A DNA stretch of 45,066 bases, filler included, from Haliotis cracherodii (Eukaryota), in NCBI RefSeq assembly GCF_022045235.1. It is 3 parts of 3 records of this genome, joined end to end, with 100 filler letters (N's around TTAATTAATTAA, not from the genome) between each part and the next. Parts side by side here need not be neighbours in the genome. Positions count along the whole stretch, not along the records: positions 18,737 to 45,066 come from NW_027266267.1; 2 more parts are not named here. One strand, given 5' to 3'. The notes beneath the pieces were generated by a model. It searched no databases. It was not told where the DNA came from and worked only from the letters and a program-made list of their open reading frames with translations. The position numbers and the translations under genes were made by a program. Positions 23,420-36,555 of this stretch are shown in pieces. Numbering within the stretch: position 1 is the stretch's first letter; each line of letters begins with the position of its first letter.

Positions 23420-23683
23420 GCGTGTCGGTTCATCCGATCTCGCTACTTCCGGAGATCTCCGGACATCCCTCTACAGGCCACGGCAGAACGAAATTTCACC
23501 CGACCAATCAGAGCGTCGCCAACAAGATCCGGACAAAAAAAATTAAGCGACTGTGTTTTCTAATCATGCAGCTCGAAAAGGTTCACACGGAGTTCATCGA
23601 ACGACGCTTACGTGATGTTCCACTGATTCCGTTAAAGTCATCGTACGTCTATCTCTCGCTTCAGTGAAATGAACCAGTGCACC
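23420..23683. mobile_element. Possible MITE (CpG-rich, short imperfect TIRs)
   Basis: GTGTCGGTTCAT ... ATGAACCAGTGCAC. Confidence 0.3.
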
Positions 23684-23830
23684 AAAAACACTTTGCATGG
23701 CCCGTGGGAGGTACCGTTATAATATCGGCCATCTATTTAGACATGCCAGTATGATATTTTTACTTTTGAGCAAATTTCAAAATCGAGAACTTTTTTGCCA
23801 TAGAAACACTAAACAATTATAATTTCTATT

Positions 23831-23975
23831 GAATTGTCTGGCCTTAAAATAAATGTGGATAAGACTAAAGCAGTCTACAAAGGTGCAATGCCGGGAAGTG
23901 ATATAACTTCAAGCAAGAATTTAAAACTAGACTGGCACAAAGGATATTTTGAAATCATAGGTATACGACTAAAGC
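23831..23975 (+). mobile_element. L1/Tx1-type LINE ORF2 fragment
   Basis: Translates ELSGLKINVDKTKAVYKG...LKLDWHKGYFEIIGIRL, matching the SGLxINxxK...W...LGI end of the RT domain. Confidence 0.75.
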
Positions 23976-24026
23976 ATTCTTAACAAGACTCTTGAGTTAT
24001 CAATACAAGGAAACCATTAGATAATA

Positions 24027-25385
24027 TAGTCAAGTCAAGTCTTTATACGTATAAAGGCCACAGGCCCTAATACAGGTAAAGTATTCGTTAACTTCCAACC
24101 TCAATATCCCTGCACCCAGGTCTTATCATCGTGTTACGTTGTTTTCTAGCCTTTATAGGGTAGGGTACTTCTCAGGCTTTTGAACTCTTTACATATGTTA
24201 TATCTTCAACTACGTTCTATAATCTTTTCAAATGATTGATGATACATATCAATTTCAACCTTTTATACCGTCTGAGAAAAGTAAATTTATCTCCGACACA
24301 CTGAGAAATCAATACAAATCCAAATCCATGTGAAAACAATAAACTGCGTACAGTAGATGCATGGGTTTGGTGTCCACAATTATCATAGAACATAAACATA
24401 TCCTAGGCTTTCTCAGGAATTCTGTCATTATGCATTTCGGCAAGTTTAAGTCAAATGAGAAATGTCTTGCAAGCAATTAAATGGACAGTTTTCAAATCTG
24501 TTTGTACCCCACGCCTCAGCGCCATATAATAGAATAGGCTGTATTTGGGTGTCTTAATATCTTAAAAAACACAAATGGGTCCACCATACCAAATAAATAC
24601 AAACGATGGATGACTTCCATTAAAGCTCGTTTACTTCTTGAAGACAAATCTACAATACTTTTATTCATTTTACCTGTTGGTGAGAAAATTATTCCTAGAT
24701 AGACCGCCTCCGTGGTCTAGTGGTAGAGCGTCTGCCCGTAAAGCGGAAGGTCCGGGGTTCGATGCCCGGCCACGTCATACCAAAAGACGTTAAAAGATGG
24801 TACTTTTTGTTACCCTGTCTGGCGCTCGGCGTTAAGGGGCTAAAACAAGGACTGGTCGGCTCGGAGTCAGTATACTGTGTCTGAGTGGGGTGTTCATGTT
24901 AAACTGCGACATGGTATCTCAGTGAGCTAGCACTATAAATCGGCATCAGTCCGGACTAGTACAAGCAGCCACACAAACACACACACGTGCATGCACGTCG
25001 CTATATAAGTGCAATAATCTTGGACGCGACGTTAAATCCCATTTCATCTCACATCACCTATTCCTAGAAATCTGTATGATTCAACAGTTAAAACCTTTTC
25101 ACCTTTATAAAACCATTTTTTTCTTTTCACGACAGTCGTCCACCTCTTCTAAATACCACAATATTTGTCTTGTCTAGATTTACTGTTAAACCCCATATAT
25201 CCGTATACGACTTTAAAATAGTAAGTTGTTTCTGTAACTCCGATACTACATCAGATACAAGTATAACATCATCTGCAAACATCAACAAGATTTCAAGTAC
25301 GTCAAGGAATAATTGTACCCCATATTTACAGTTGTCTACAATTTCCTTAGATAATTCATTTGTGTAGAAGGAGAATAAAAGATAT
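24027..25385 (-). mobile_element. Decayed LINE (RTE-X-like) RT and 3' end, interrupted by a SINE
   Basis: LLMFADDVILVSD...LQKQL...WGLTVNLDKTNIVVFRRGG...YRFLG|IIFS. Contains stops and deletions. 3' tail TAAAGACTTGACTTGAC at about 24030-24046. Confidence 0.85.
24702..25058 (+). mobile_element. tRNA-derived SINE, family C (Meta/MESC-like central domain), full length
   Basis: A-box TGGTCTAGTGG, B-box GGTTCGATGCC, body GTCATACCAAAAGACGTTAAAAGATGG. TSD tattcctaga at 24690-24699 and 25059-25068. The domain name is from recall. Confidence 0.92.
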
Positions 25386-25439
25386 ATATAGTCTTGTTTT
25401 GAAACAACAGGGCAGTTAAAATATTCACTACATACACCA

Positions 25440-25763
25440 GACCCGTGAAGATTCGGGTTAGAATAGATCTTCAGCAACCCATGCTTGTCGTAACAGGCGG
25501 CAATGTTCAAAGAAAGAGGCAGCTAACGGGATCGGGTGATCAGGCTCACTGATTTGGTTGATGCATGTCATTGTATCCCATTTGCGAAGATCGATGCTCA
25601 AAATGTCAATCACTGGATTTTCTGGTCCAGATTCGATTATTTACAGACCGCCGTCATATAGCTGGGATCGACCCAAATTGTATTGTCTGATCCAGAAAAG
25701 ATTATCAACAGACCGCCGTCATAAAAATTGCTTAATGCGGCGATAAACAAACAAACAAACAAA
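25440..25763 (+). mobile_element. SINE family B copy with internal duplication
   Basis: Starts GACCCGTGAAG; the ACAGACCGCCGTCATA block occurs twice. Confidence 0.88.
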
Positions 25764-26160
25764 TCTGTCGTCCAAAGCTTATTTCGACGGATAATCCTGG
25801 AATTGAATTGTCAGCTTATGACCCATGAAAGTAGAATTCGGGTATATTTGATCTAATAAAGGGATCTCAAGGATAGGACCCCCCCCCCCCCCCCTCCCCC
25901 AAATAATAGAATAAATGAATGAATGGCTTTGTATCTGTAGAAATTACCTTTGTTCAAGAAGTTCAGTCCTGTGTCCACGCTTAACGTCGAACCAGCGAGA
26001 GACGTCTCATACCTAACTACCAGCGTCAGTGATAGGATATTGATTGTCCACCACGCCTTGTCATTTACACCTTGTGCCGAGTATATTATATTTCTCATTA
26101 TTAGAATCGTATTAGATGAATCAATAAATGTTAGTCATGTACCTGTATTGTTAATATAGT

Positions 26161-26293
26161 AGGTATGGTTTAACGCCGCTTTTGGCCAGAATCGAGGGAC
26201 TACAGAGAAGGGTTTCCCACAATGTGTAGAATCGAACTCGGGTTTGGGGCGTGACGAGTTAACCCTTAAACCACTAGCCTACCCCACCGCCCC
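26161..26293 (-). mobile_element. SINE family A copy, diverged
   Basis: Reverse complement retains the head (GGGGCGGTGGGGTAGGCTAGTGG) and the tail. Confidence 0.7.
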
Positions 26294-26532
26294 TAATATT
26301 ACAATGCATAAAATGTATTTTACCTGTACTGACAACTGAATCCATGCACCGTCCATGCTCCACCTATTTTGTCACCCTATACACGTATTCATTTGCAATA
26401 TACAGGCACCGTCCGTCTTCAACGAATACAGTCAACATTTGCGATGTACCGCCCACCTTCAACGAATACAGTCAACAGACACGATGCGCCTTTTTGACCG
26501 TGTGTTCGATTACCAGATTCGCGCTTACTCTG

Positions 26533-26807
26533 TGTTGTTTGTTTGTTTGTTTGATTGTGGTTTAACGCCGCTCTCAGCAATATTCCAGCTATATGACGGC
26601 GGTCTGGAAATAATCAGGTCTGAAACAGACAATCCAGTGATTGATATCATGAGCATCGATCCACGCAATTGGGACCGATGACATGATCAACCAAGTCAGC
26701 GAGCCTGAACACCCGAACCTGTAAGTCGCCTCTTACGACAAGCACAGTCGCCTTTTACAGCTAGCATGGGTTGCTAAAGATCTATTCCGCCCTGGACCTT
26801 CACGGGT
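26533..26807 (-). mobile_element. SINE family B copy, full length
   Basis: Reverse complement of the family B consensus. Confidence 0.9.
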
Positions 26808-27164
26808 TGCCCACCATACTGAGGTGTATTACAGTTTACCAGACTCCAGTACTTGAACTTACTAGTTTCAAGAGGAAATGACGTCAACAGTGAATAATAA
26901 ACGTGCGTTTTCAACCCGTTCCCTGTGACATATTGCGATGTCGGCTTATGCAATTATTCAGGGGTGAATTAATCAGCAGGTGACACTTGGCAAGGTGACA
27001 GAGCCATTTCAAGTTAACATGTGCTGTTGGTATGGTTACGGTGACACGGAGGCAAATGGATATCCTCTATCAATTTCATTCTGAGGTTAACCAAATAGAA
27101 ATATACTAACGGCAAAAGTATCTGTGCTTCGTATAAAGTGATGTAAATGTTATATCATTGAGTT

Positions 27165-27510
27165 GAAGGTGAAATTTGGTTTAACGTCGCTTTCAAGATT
27201 ATTGCACTTATATATCGACGTGCGTGCACGTGTGTGTGTGTGGCTGCTTGTACTGGTCCGGACCGATGCTGATTGATAATTCTAGCACACTGAGATACCA
27301 TGCCGCAGTTTAACATGAATGACCCACTCAGACACAGTATATTGACTCCGAGCCGTCCAGTCCTTGTTTTAGCCCCTTAATGCCGAGTGCCAGACAGGGT
27401 AACAACAAGTACCATCTTTTAACGTCTTTTGGTATGGCGCTGCCGGGGATCGAACCCCGGACCTTCCGCTGTCCGGGCGGACGCTCTACCTCTAGACCAC
27501 GGAGGCGGTC
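27165..27510 (-). mobile_element. SINE family C copy, full length
   Basis: Reverse complement of 24702-25058. Confidence 0.9.
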
Positions 27511-27649
27511 ATATGCCATTGAACACAACATAATATTTGGTCATTCGTCTAATCGATGTTTTATCATAACAACGTGATGGACAAAATCAATACCTGGTAA
27601 CAGGAGACAGAGCAACAATCCGTAAAGGATGAGTTGTGTCACAACTCAA

Positions 27650-27945
27650 TCAACACTTTCCAAATCGAGTGTGACCATCCCTTGCGTTGATGCAAGCGAG
27701 GCAGCGGCGGTGCATTGATAACACCAGGTAATTGAAAACAGCCTGGAAGATGTTGTTCCCAATGTCAACCAAAGATTGGACCAACTGAGCGAGGGTAACC
27801 GACTGGTTCAGGTTCAGGTCCAGTCGTGGGCATCTTTCCATCTCATCCCAGAGGTGGGAGAGGTGTGGAAAAACAGCCTGCCATGACAATACAGCTATGT
27901 TAGGCTGCCTCAAAATGCCTGATGTAACACGGGCAGCATGCGGGC
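27650..27945 (-). pseudogene. Tc1-type transposase C-terminal relic
   Basis: PHAARVT..LRQPNIAVLSWQAVFPHLSHLWDEM...SMHRRCLACINARDGHTRF, a decayed WPxxSPDLNPIEHLW...SMxxRCxAxIxAxGGHTxY. Confidence 0.85.
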
Positions 27946-28164
27946 AGACTGCAGCGGTGGGAATGTTAACGTTGTAACGTTCAGTAACATTGCGTTAAAA
28001 CCACTAATATAATACACATGGTGTTTGAAGACATGTTCTTTAGCATGGACTGATTGTTCGGAGGCGACTTGCTTCGAGAAACAAAAAGCGGCACGACATG
28101 TCACATGCAGTCCGTGGTTGAGAGAACCACAGCTAAAAATAAACAGTATTTATATGGAATTAGC

Positions 28165-28336
28165 TGTTGGCTGGTTGGTTTGTTGTTTAAATCCGCACTC
28201 AGCAATATTCCAGCTATATGACGGCGGTCTGTAAATAATCGAGTCTTGACCAGACAATCCAGTGATTAATATCATGAGCATCGATCCACGCAATTGGGAT
28301 CGATGACTTATATCAACCAAGTCAGCGAGCCTGACC
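28165..28336 (-). mobile_element. SINE family B, 5'-truncated
   Basis: Matches the 3' two-thirds of the family B consensus. Confidence 0.88.
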
Positions 28337-28399
28337 GAAATGGAATGAGCACGAACTCATGACTATAAATACCAACCCTGTAAAGAAGTGATGCTAATA

Positions 28400-29130
28400 T
28401 AAACTACCGGGCAAAATAAACTTTTCACCTAGTTCAGTAGCTCTATAAAAAGAAACAAAGACAGGTAGCAATGCAATATCGATGGTGCACTTGCCACCGA
28501 CGTACAGTTCTTGCCCATTGTAATCTGCGTTGACGGTTTAGATGGGTCACGGAAGGGGCGGGAGGTTCTCATACCACCAATGCGGAGTCGTCGTAAGACT
28601 GTTTGTCTGCTGATGGGGTGTCCCAGTGACGTCGCCGTCACATATCGGTTCCGCAGGTGGATTGTCCAGATGTAGCGGTCATCAACTGGAGTTGTGACCC
28701 CTGTCTTCCCGATCTTGGACGGTCTTGTGTGTGGCCTGTTTGCTGATAACGGTTGCTAATACTGATTTGACTACAGTTAAAGGTTCTTGCAATTTGCCGT
28801 TGAGAGGCCCCCGTATCGGCCATACCAATAGCTCTGTCATGTTCCTCTTGTGTGAGTCTAGGCATTTCTCTGATGTTCTTTTTGATTCCGCATCCTTGCT
28901 CTGCCCCACGCCGGTATTTATGCACGAACATTTTAACAGTTCCCACAAATCCTGTTTTCCCATTTTCCATAAACGCATGAAATCACCGAATCCTGCGAAA
29001 AGTGACTTTCAGATGTGCACAGGGTGTGTTTTGATGAACGTTTTCTGATAAGGTTCTAACTTATCGCTCCGTCTTTAATTCAGATAAAACTTAACTTACA
29101 AGTGATAAGTTTCTTTTGACCGGTAGTTTA
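28400..29130 (-). mobile_element. Internally deleted Tc1/mariner element with TIRs
   Basis: About 29-bp TIRs TAAACTACCGG(G/T)CAAAA(T/G)AAACTT(T/A)TCAC at both ends with TA. Frameshifted N-terminal HTH MPRLTQEEHDRAIGM...RQIARTFNCS...DRPRSGR...ISRQTVLRRLR. No DDE domain. Confidence 0.88.
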
Positions 29131-29810
29131 TGACAGACATGTCGAACATGATTTTTGTGTGTGTAATAATGCAATGTTGAATGAATGTTGCACTGAAGTG
29201 TGTTTGTAACGTTACACTATAATGTTGAATCAACATTAATAAAACATACAATTTAATGTTGCTACAACGTTATTTTCTAACGTTTTTCACAACAAAAAAG
29301 AAATGTGACTATATGCCAACGCTTCCATCTTCCCGTGGCAAAGGAGTTAACTGACTAATAAAAAGTTTGGCTGGACTAACGAGTCTATGCATAGTCCAAT
29401 CAAAATCGCGTAACGAAATCCACATCCTGTTCGTAAACTGTCGATCCGATTTCGGTCGATTGCAGGATTTGCGTCAACAGGTATTTGTCAAATCTTTACA
29501 TGTTTTTAATCAAGGTGTTCACGTGTTTTGGTGCACTTCACAAAGTAAGACTCGTTATAAATTTTGATTATCGATTGAAGTGACATGAGAGGTGGAATAT
29601 GATTGGTCTATGAGACGGACATAGAAGGGACATAACTCTCGTAATAGCCACCAGTGGCGCTACAATCGAGCCAAGAAATTCCAGCCCAGTTCGACAAGGG
29701 TGGAAACAGGAATTTTACAGTCAATTTATTCCCTTGCCTGGGGAATATGCAACGCTTCCTGTTTGCTGGGTAGTGTTGCCCTGCCCTGCCCTGCCCTGTC
29801 ATAAGTGTGA

Positions 29811-30115
29811 GACCGCCTCCGTGGTCTAGTGGTAGAGCGTCCGCCCGGAGACGTTAAAAGATGGTACTTGTTGTTACCCTGTCTGGCCCTCGGCATTAAG
29901 GGACTAAAACAAGGACTGGTCGGCTCAGAGTCAATATACTGTGTCTGAGTGGGGTATTCATGTTAAACTGCGGAATGGTATCTCAGTGGGCTAGCTCTAT
30001 AAATCGGCATCAGTCTGGTCTAGTACAAGCAGACACACACACACACACGTGCATGCACGTCGCTATATAAGTGCAATAATCTTGGACGCGACGTTAAACC
30101 CAATTTCACCTCACC
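29811..30115 (+). mobile_element. SINE family C copy lacking the B-box segment
   Basis: TSD cataagtgtg at 29800-29809 and 30116-30125. Confidence 0.9.
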
Positions 30116-30440
30116 CATAAGTGTGGGATTGCGTTATTTACAGTTAAAGAAAAGACAATGAACACCTATTAGCTAATCAGTCATTGTGTGCTGCTCACAT
30201 TCAAACACAGATCCAACCTGTGCACCATGCAGGAACACACACGTGCAAATTGTCACGACCTTAAAGTCGAGGAGATGTCTTGATTAATGTGTTTTGAAAG
30301 ATGCATTATTTAATTACAGAATAAATATATTTTAGTGAACTCTATTTGAATCACAGTTACTTTTTCCGTGTGTATATAATGCACATTTACAAGCTTGGCA
30401 GAGTGGTTCATATATCAACGTACAATGTACATAAAACTAC

Positions 30441-30668
30441 ACCCGTGGAGATCTGGGTTGGAATTTCTCTTCAGCATACCCATGCTTGTCGTAAGAGGGG
30501 ACTAACGGGATCGGGTGGTCAGGCTTGCTGACTTGGTTGATGCATGACATCGATCGATGCGTGGATCGATGCTCGTGATATCAATCACTGGACTGTTTGG
30601 TATAGACTCGATTATTAACAGACCGCCTCGTATAGCTGTGATATTGCCGAGTGCGGCGTTAAACAACA
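30441..30668 (+). mobile_element. SINE family B copy (left breakpoint of the duplication)
   Basis: Family B body. The diagnostic variants GGACTGTTTGGTATAGAC are shared with 33548-33665. Confidence 0.85.
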
Positions 30669-33600
30669 TATATGCATAACAGTACAGTTGAGTGACACAT
30701 TATGCATAATAATTGGTGAAAATGTATCATGGCCATAACTTATAAGTTCGATCCGTGAAGATCCGGTTAAGAATAGGTCTTCAGCAACCCATGCTTGCCA
30801 TAAGAGGCGACCGGGGTTGTCGTAAGAGGCGACTAACGGGATTGGGTGGTCAGGCTCGCTGACTTGGATGATGCATGTTATTTGTCATTTGCGTAGATCG
30901 ATGCTCATGATGACAATCATGGATTGTGTGGCCCAGACTCGATTTTTTACAGACCGCCGTCTTTTAGCTGGAATATTGTTGAGTGCGGCGTGAAACAACA
31001 AACAAACAAATTCGCGCGCTCAGCGGTTGCCGGTTGCATCTTTCGAGTTACAACTACACAAGGATTTTATGAAAACTTCAATCAGATTCCACAGCGTGTT
31101 CACATTTGAACAGCTTTTTCCAGCCGGTTTTCTGGCAGTTTCGTTCATCAAACTTTTATACGCGCAGTGTTACAAAAAGAAGAGAAACACGCCAGAATTT
31201 CACTGAAAAAAAGCAAGTGATTCCATAGAATCTGATTTGTGCAAGAAATATGTTTGCGTGTCATGGTTCTACTCGGGTAGGCGCATTCTGTACACTTGTT
31301 TTAACGTTCATATTTCGTCAAACGCAAACAGATATTGAAGTCAATTCTTAAATGACGTGTGCCCGTGAAGATCCGGGGTAGAATAGGTCTTCAGCTTGCC
31401 GTAAAAGGCGACTATGCTTGTCGTAAGAGGCGACTAACGGGATCGGGTGGTCAGGCTTGCTGACTTGCTTGATGCATGTCATCGTATCCCAATTGCGTAG
31501 ATAGATGCTCATTGTGTCAATAATGGATTGTTTGGTCCTGACTAGATTTTTTTACAGACCGCCGTCATATGGCTGGAATGTTGCTGAGTGCGGCGTTAAA
31601 CAACAAAAACACAAACAAAACACTTAAATGATGTACTCCTAAATGGAGTCAAACTTGGCACGTCTGTCTGAGTAGTCTGGGGGAGAAGATGCGTTGCTTA
31701 GTTGTTGGCCGATAGTCGTTGGTTCGAATCCAGAGTTTCGCATGATCATGATTGGTGGTGTTTAACCATACCCGTGTTGTTTGGGATCGTCAGCCCTCCA
31801 GCACATTTTGACAAGCCATGATATGACTGAAACACTGTTCAAAGTAGCGTTATCACAACTCACCCTACATGGACGACAGACACTTTTCCCCCTGGGTTAC
31901 GTCGGAGTTTTAAATGCCTACCTGAAGATCCGGGTTAGAATTTGTCTTCAGCAACCCATTCCGGCGCAGTGATGAATAAGCATTAGAGATCAGTGCCACA
32001 GACTAATTTGCATATCACGTGACCGAACTTCTCTCTCGTTCGTAGGCTCAGGCGCTTATTCTGAAATCAGAACAGGTTGGCCTAATGCAAGCCTTTCGGT
32101 GTGATTTACATATTGGTTTGCAAAATTATATAGATAAGCTACTACAACTTAGACAGTGTAGTCCATGACAATATACTTCTAAATATCAATGTGGCCGTAA
32201 CACTAGCTAGCCTTCCGGACCCGTGAAGATCCGGGATAGAATAGGTCTTCAGTAACCCATGCTTGCCGTAAAAGGCGGCTATGCTTGTTGTAAGAGGCGA
32301 CTAACGGGATCGGGTGGTCAGGTTCGCTGACTTGGTTGATGCATGTCATCGATCTCAATTGCGTCTATCGATGCTCATGATATCAATCACTGGATTGTCT
32401 GGTCCAGACTCGATTATTTACAGATCGTCGTCATATAGCTGGAATATTGCTGAGTGCGACGTTAAACAACAAACAAACAAACAAACAAACAAACACACAC
32501 TAGCTCTCCGTAGGGCTTCGATGACAGCACGTGGAGCCTTACAACTAATTTAAACAAATGAAAACTACACAAACGGAAACAGTTTTTCACGTTTTAGGAT
32601 TATTTCTGTGAAAGTTAACCATTCTTTGACATATGTTTATGTAAATGTGTAGACTCGTCAAACTGGAAACAGATGAAAGGCATATTCAATATCTTGAAAG
32701 GGCTGTGCAAGACGTGACGAATCGTCACTGGATTATGTGGTTCAGACTCGATTATTTACAGATCGCCGTCACATAGCTGGAATATTGCTGAGTGCGGCGT
32801 TAACAGGAAACAAGCAAACAAACAAACGCTACACCAAGCTGGTACTGATCAAACCAAGATCATGACTGATATGAAATTATAAATCTTTTGTGACGTCATC
32901 CTATCGTTTCTATGGTGCCTTCGTTTCGTACAAGAACCTCTCAGCAAGGCGGAGGCACGAGTGGCCCAGTCGTCCAAGGCGCCGCGATTCGCTGTGCAGA
33001 GTTGCGTCCCTTGGGCACGCCAGAAACCTATGATTGTGGGTTCGAATCCAGGTTGGCCCCGATTATGTTTCTAGATTTGTCAGCACCAAACCCGTGCTCG
33101 TGGGTTTCATCGAAGTGTTAAATGTCTGAGACCTGCATCACTTCAGGTTTTCCTCCCACATTAAGCTGACACGCCGCGATATAACTGGAATACTGTTAAA
33201 AGCGGCGTTAAACTCACTCACTCACTCATTCTCAGCAAGGCCTTTCTACAGATTATACTTCTGTTCATGCTACACAACACAAAGCTAACTTAAGGATGTC
33301 CAATCAAACAGATTAAACTGATATTTACGTAGAATGGAATTTGCAACCTATGCCTGTGTCGCCCAGAAAGTGAGCCATTAGGCAGAAGAGGCGCATAAAC
33401 CACAATGGTTTTTAGAATCTCCTTTTCGAGTACGTCCGTTTCCTAAGCTTCATGGAAGCTGTGTTTGAAACATAAAATATAAGGTACATACAGCATTTCT
33501 GTCGACTCAACCCATATTATGTGACTATTACTCAAGCTAATTCATTCCCCATTGCGTAGATTGATGCTCATGATATCAATCACTGGACTGTTTGGTATAG

Positions 33601-36555
33601 ACTCGATTATTAACAGACCGCCTCGTATAGCTGTGATATTGCCGAGTGCAGCAATAAACAACATACATGCATAACAGTACAGTTGAGTGACACATTATGC
33701 ATAATAATTGGTGAAAATGTACCATGGCCATTACATGTAAGTTCGACCCGTGAAGATCCGGTTAAGAATAGGTCTTCAGCAACCCATGCTTGCCATAAGA
33801 GGCGACCAGGGTTGTCGTAAGTGGCGACTAACGGGATTGGGTGGTCAGGCTCGCTGACTTGGATGATGCATGTTATCGTATCCCATTTGCGTAGATCGAT
33901 GCTCATGATGACAATCATGGATTGTGTGGCCCAGACTCGATTTTTTACAGACCGCCGTCTTTTAGCTGGAATATTGTTGAGTGCGGCGTGAAACAACAAA
34001 CAAACAAATTCGCGCGCTCAGCGGTTGCCGGTTGCATCTTTCGAGTTACAACTACACAAGGATTTTATGAAAACTTCAATCAGATTCCACAGCGTGTTCA
34101 CATTTGAACAGCTTTTTCCAGCTGGTTTTCTGGCAGTTTCGTTCATCAAACTTTTATACGCGCAGTGTTACAAAAAGAAGAGAAACACGCCAGAATTTCA
34201 CTGAAAAAAAGCAAGTGATTCCATAGAATCTGATTTGTGCAAGAAATATGTTTGCCTGTCATGGTTCTACTCGGGTAGGCGCATTCTGTACACTTGTTTT
34301 AACGTTCATATTTCGTCAAACGCAAACAGATATTGAAGTCAATTCTTAAATGACGTGTGCCCGTGAAGATCCGGGGTAGAATAGGTCTTCAGCAACCCAT
34401 GCTTGCCGTAAAAGGCGACTATGCTTGTCGTAAGAGGCGACTAACGGGATCGGGTGGTCAGGCTCGCTGACTTGCTTGATGCATGTCATCGTATGCCAAT
34501 TGCGTAGATCGATGCTCATTGTGTCAATAATGGATTGTTTGGTCCAGACTCGATTTTTTTACAGACCGCCGTCATATAGCTGGAATGTTGCTGAGTGCGG
34601 CGTTAAACAACAAAAACACAAACAAAACACTTAAATGATGTACTCCTAAATGGAGTCAAACTTGGCACGTCTGTCTGAGTAGTCTGGGGGAGAAGATGCG
34701 TTGCTTAGTTGTTGGCCGATAGTCGTTGGTTCGAATCCAGAGTTTCGCATGATCATGATTGGTGGTGTTTAACCATACCTGTGTTGTTTGGGATCGTCAG
34801 CCCTCCAGCACATTTTGACAAGCCATGATATGACTGAAACACTGTTCAAAGTAGCGTTATCACAACTCACCCTACATGGACGACAGACACTTTTCCCCCT
34901 GGGTTACGTCAGAGTTTTAAATGCCTACCTGAAGATCCGGGTTAGAATTTGTCTTCAGCAACCCATTCCGGCGCAGTGATGAATAAGCATTAGAGATCAG
35001 TGCCACAGACTAATTTGCATATCACGTGACCGAACTTCTCTCTCGTTCGTAGGCTCAGGCGCTTATTCTGAAATCAGAACAGGTTGGCCTAATGCAAGCC
35101 TTTCGGTGTGATTTACATATTGGTTTGCAAAATTATATAGATAAGCTACTACAACTTAGACAGTGTAGTCCATGACAATATACTTCTAAATATCAATGTG
35201 GCCGTAACACTAGCTAGCCTTCCGGACCCGTGAAGATCCGGGATAGAATAGGTCTTCAGTAACCCATGCTTGCCGTAAAAGGCGGCTATGCTTGTTGTAA
35301 GAGGCGACTAACGGGATCGGGTGGTCAGGTTCGCTGACTTGGTTGATGCATGTCATCGATCTCAATTGCGTCTATCGATGCTCATGATATCAATCACTGG
35401 ATTGTCTGGTCCAGACTCGATTATTTACAGATCGTCGTCATATAGCTGGAATATTGCTGAGTGCGACGTTAAACAACAAACAAACAAACAAACACACACT
35501 AGCTCTCCGTAGGGCTTCGATGACAGCACGTGGAGCCTTACAACTAATGTAAACAAATGAAAACTACACAAACGGAAATAGTTTTTCACGTTTTAGGATT
35601 ATTTCTGTGAAAGTTAACCATTCTTTGACATATGTTTATGTAAATGTGTAGACTCGTCAAACTGGAAACAGATGAAAGGCATATTCAATATCTTGAAAGG
35701 GCTGTGCAAGACGTGACGAATCGTCACTGGATTAAGTGGTTCAGACTCGATTATTTACAGATCGCCGTCACATAGCTGGAATATTGCTGAGTGCGGCGTT
35801 AACAGGAAACAAGCAAACAAACAAACGCTACACCAAGCTGGTACTGATCAAACCAAGATCATGACTGATATGAAATTATAAATCTTTTGTGACGTCATCC
35901 TATCGTTTCTACGGTGCCTTCGTTTCGTACAAGAACCTCTCAGCAAGGCAGAGGCACGAGTGGCCCAGTCGTCTAAGGCGCCGCGATTCGCTGTGCAGAG
36001 TTGCGTCCCTTGGGCACGCCAGAAACCTATGATTGTTGTTCCTAATCCAGGTTCGCCCCGATTATGTTTCTAGATTTGTCAGCACCAAACCCGTGCTCGT
36101 GGGTTTCATCGAAGTGTTAAACGTCTGAGACCTGCATCACTTCAGGTTTTCCTCCCACATTAAGCTGACACGCCGCGATATAACTGGAATACTGTTAAAA
36201 GCGGCGTTAAACTAACTCACTCACTCATTCTCAGCAAGGCCTTTCTCCAGATTATACTTCTGTTCATGCTACACAACACAAAGCTAACTTAAGGATGTCC
36301 AATCAAACAGATAAAACTGATATTTACGTAGAATGGAATTTGCAACCTATGCCTGTGTCGCCCAGAAAGTGAGCCATTAGGCAGAAGAGGCGCATAAACC
36401 ACAATGGTTTTTAGAATCTCCTTTTCGAGTACGTCCGTTTCCTAAGCTTCATGGAAGCTGTGTTTGAAACATAAAATATAAGGTACATACAGCATTTCTG
36501 TCGACTCAACCCATATTATGTGACTATTGCTCAAGCTAATTCATTCCCCATTGTG
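30560..36555. repeat. About 3.0-kb direct tandem duplication (about 30560-33550 and 33551-36555)
   Basis: Offsets of 2998-3007 bp (30924/33922, 31781/34788, 32314/35321). Unique and repeat sequence are both near-identical. Each unit holds 3 full family B SINEs, 1 family D SINE and fragments. Confidence 0.95.
32951..33229 (+). mobile_element. SINE family D copy (duplicate at about 35950-36228)
   Basis: TSD tctcagcaaggc at 32939-32950 and 33230-33241. Confidence 0.9.
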
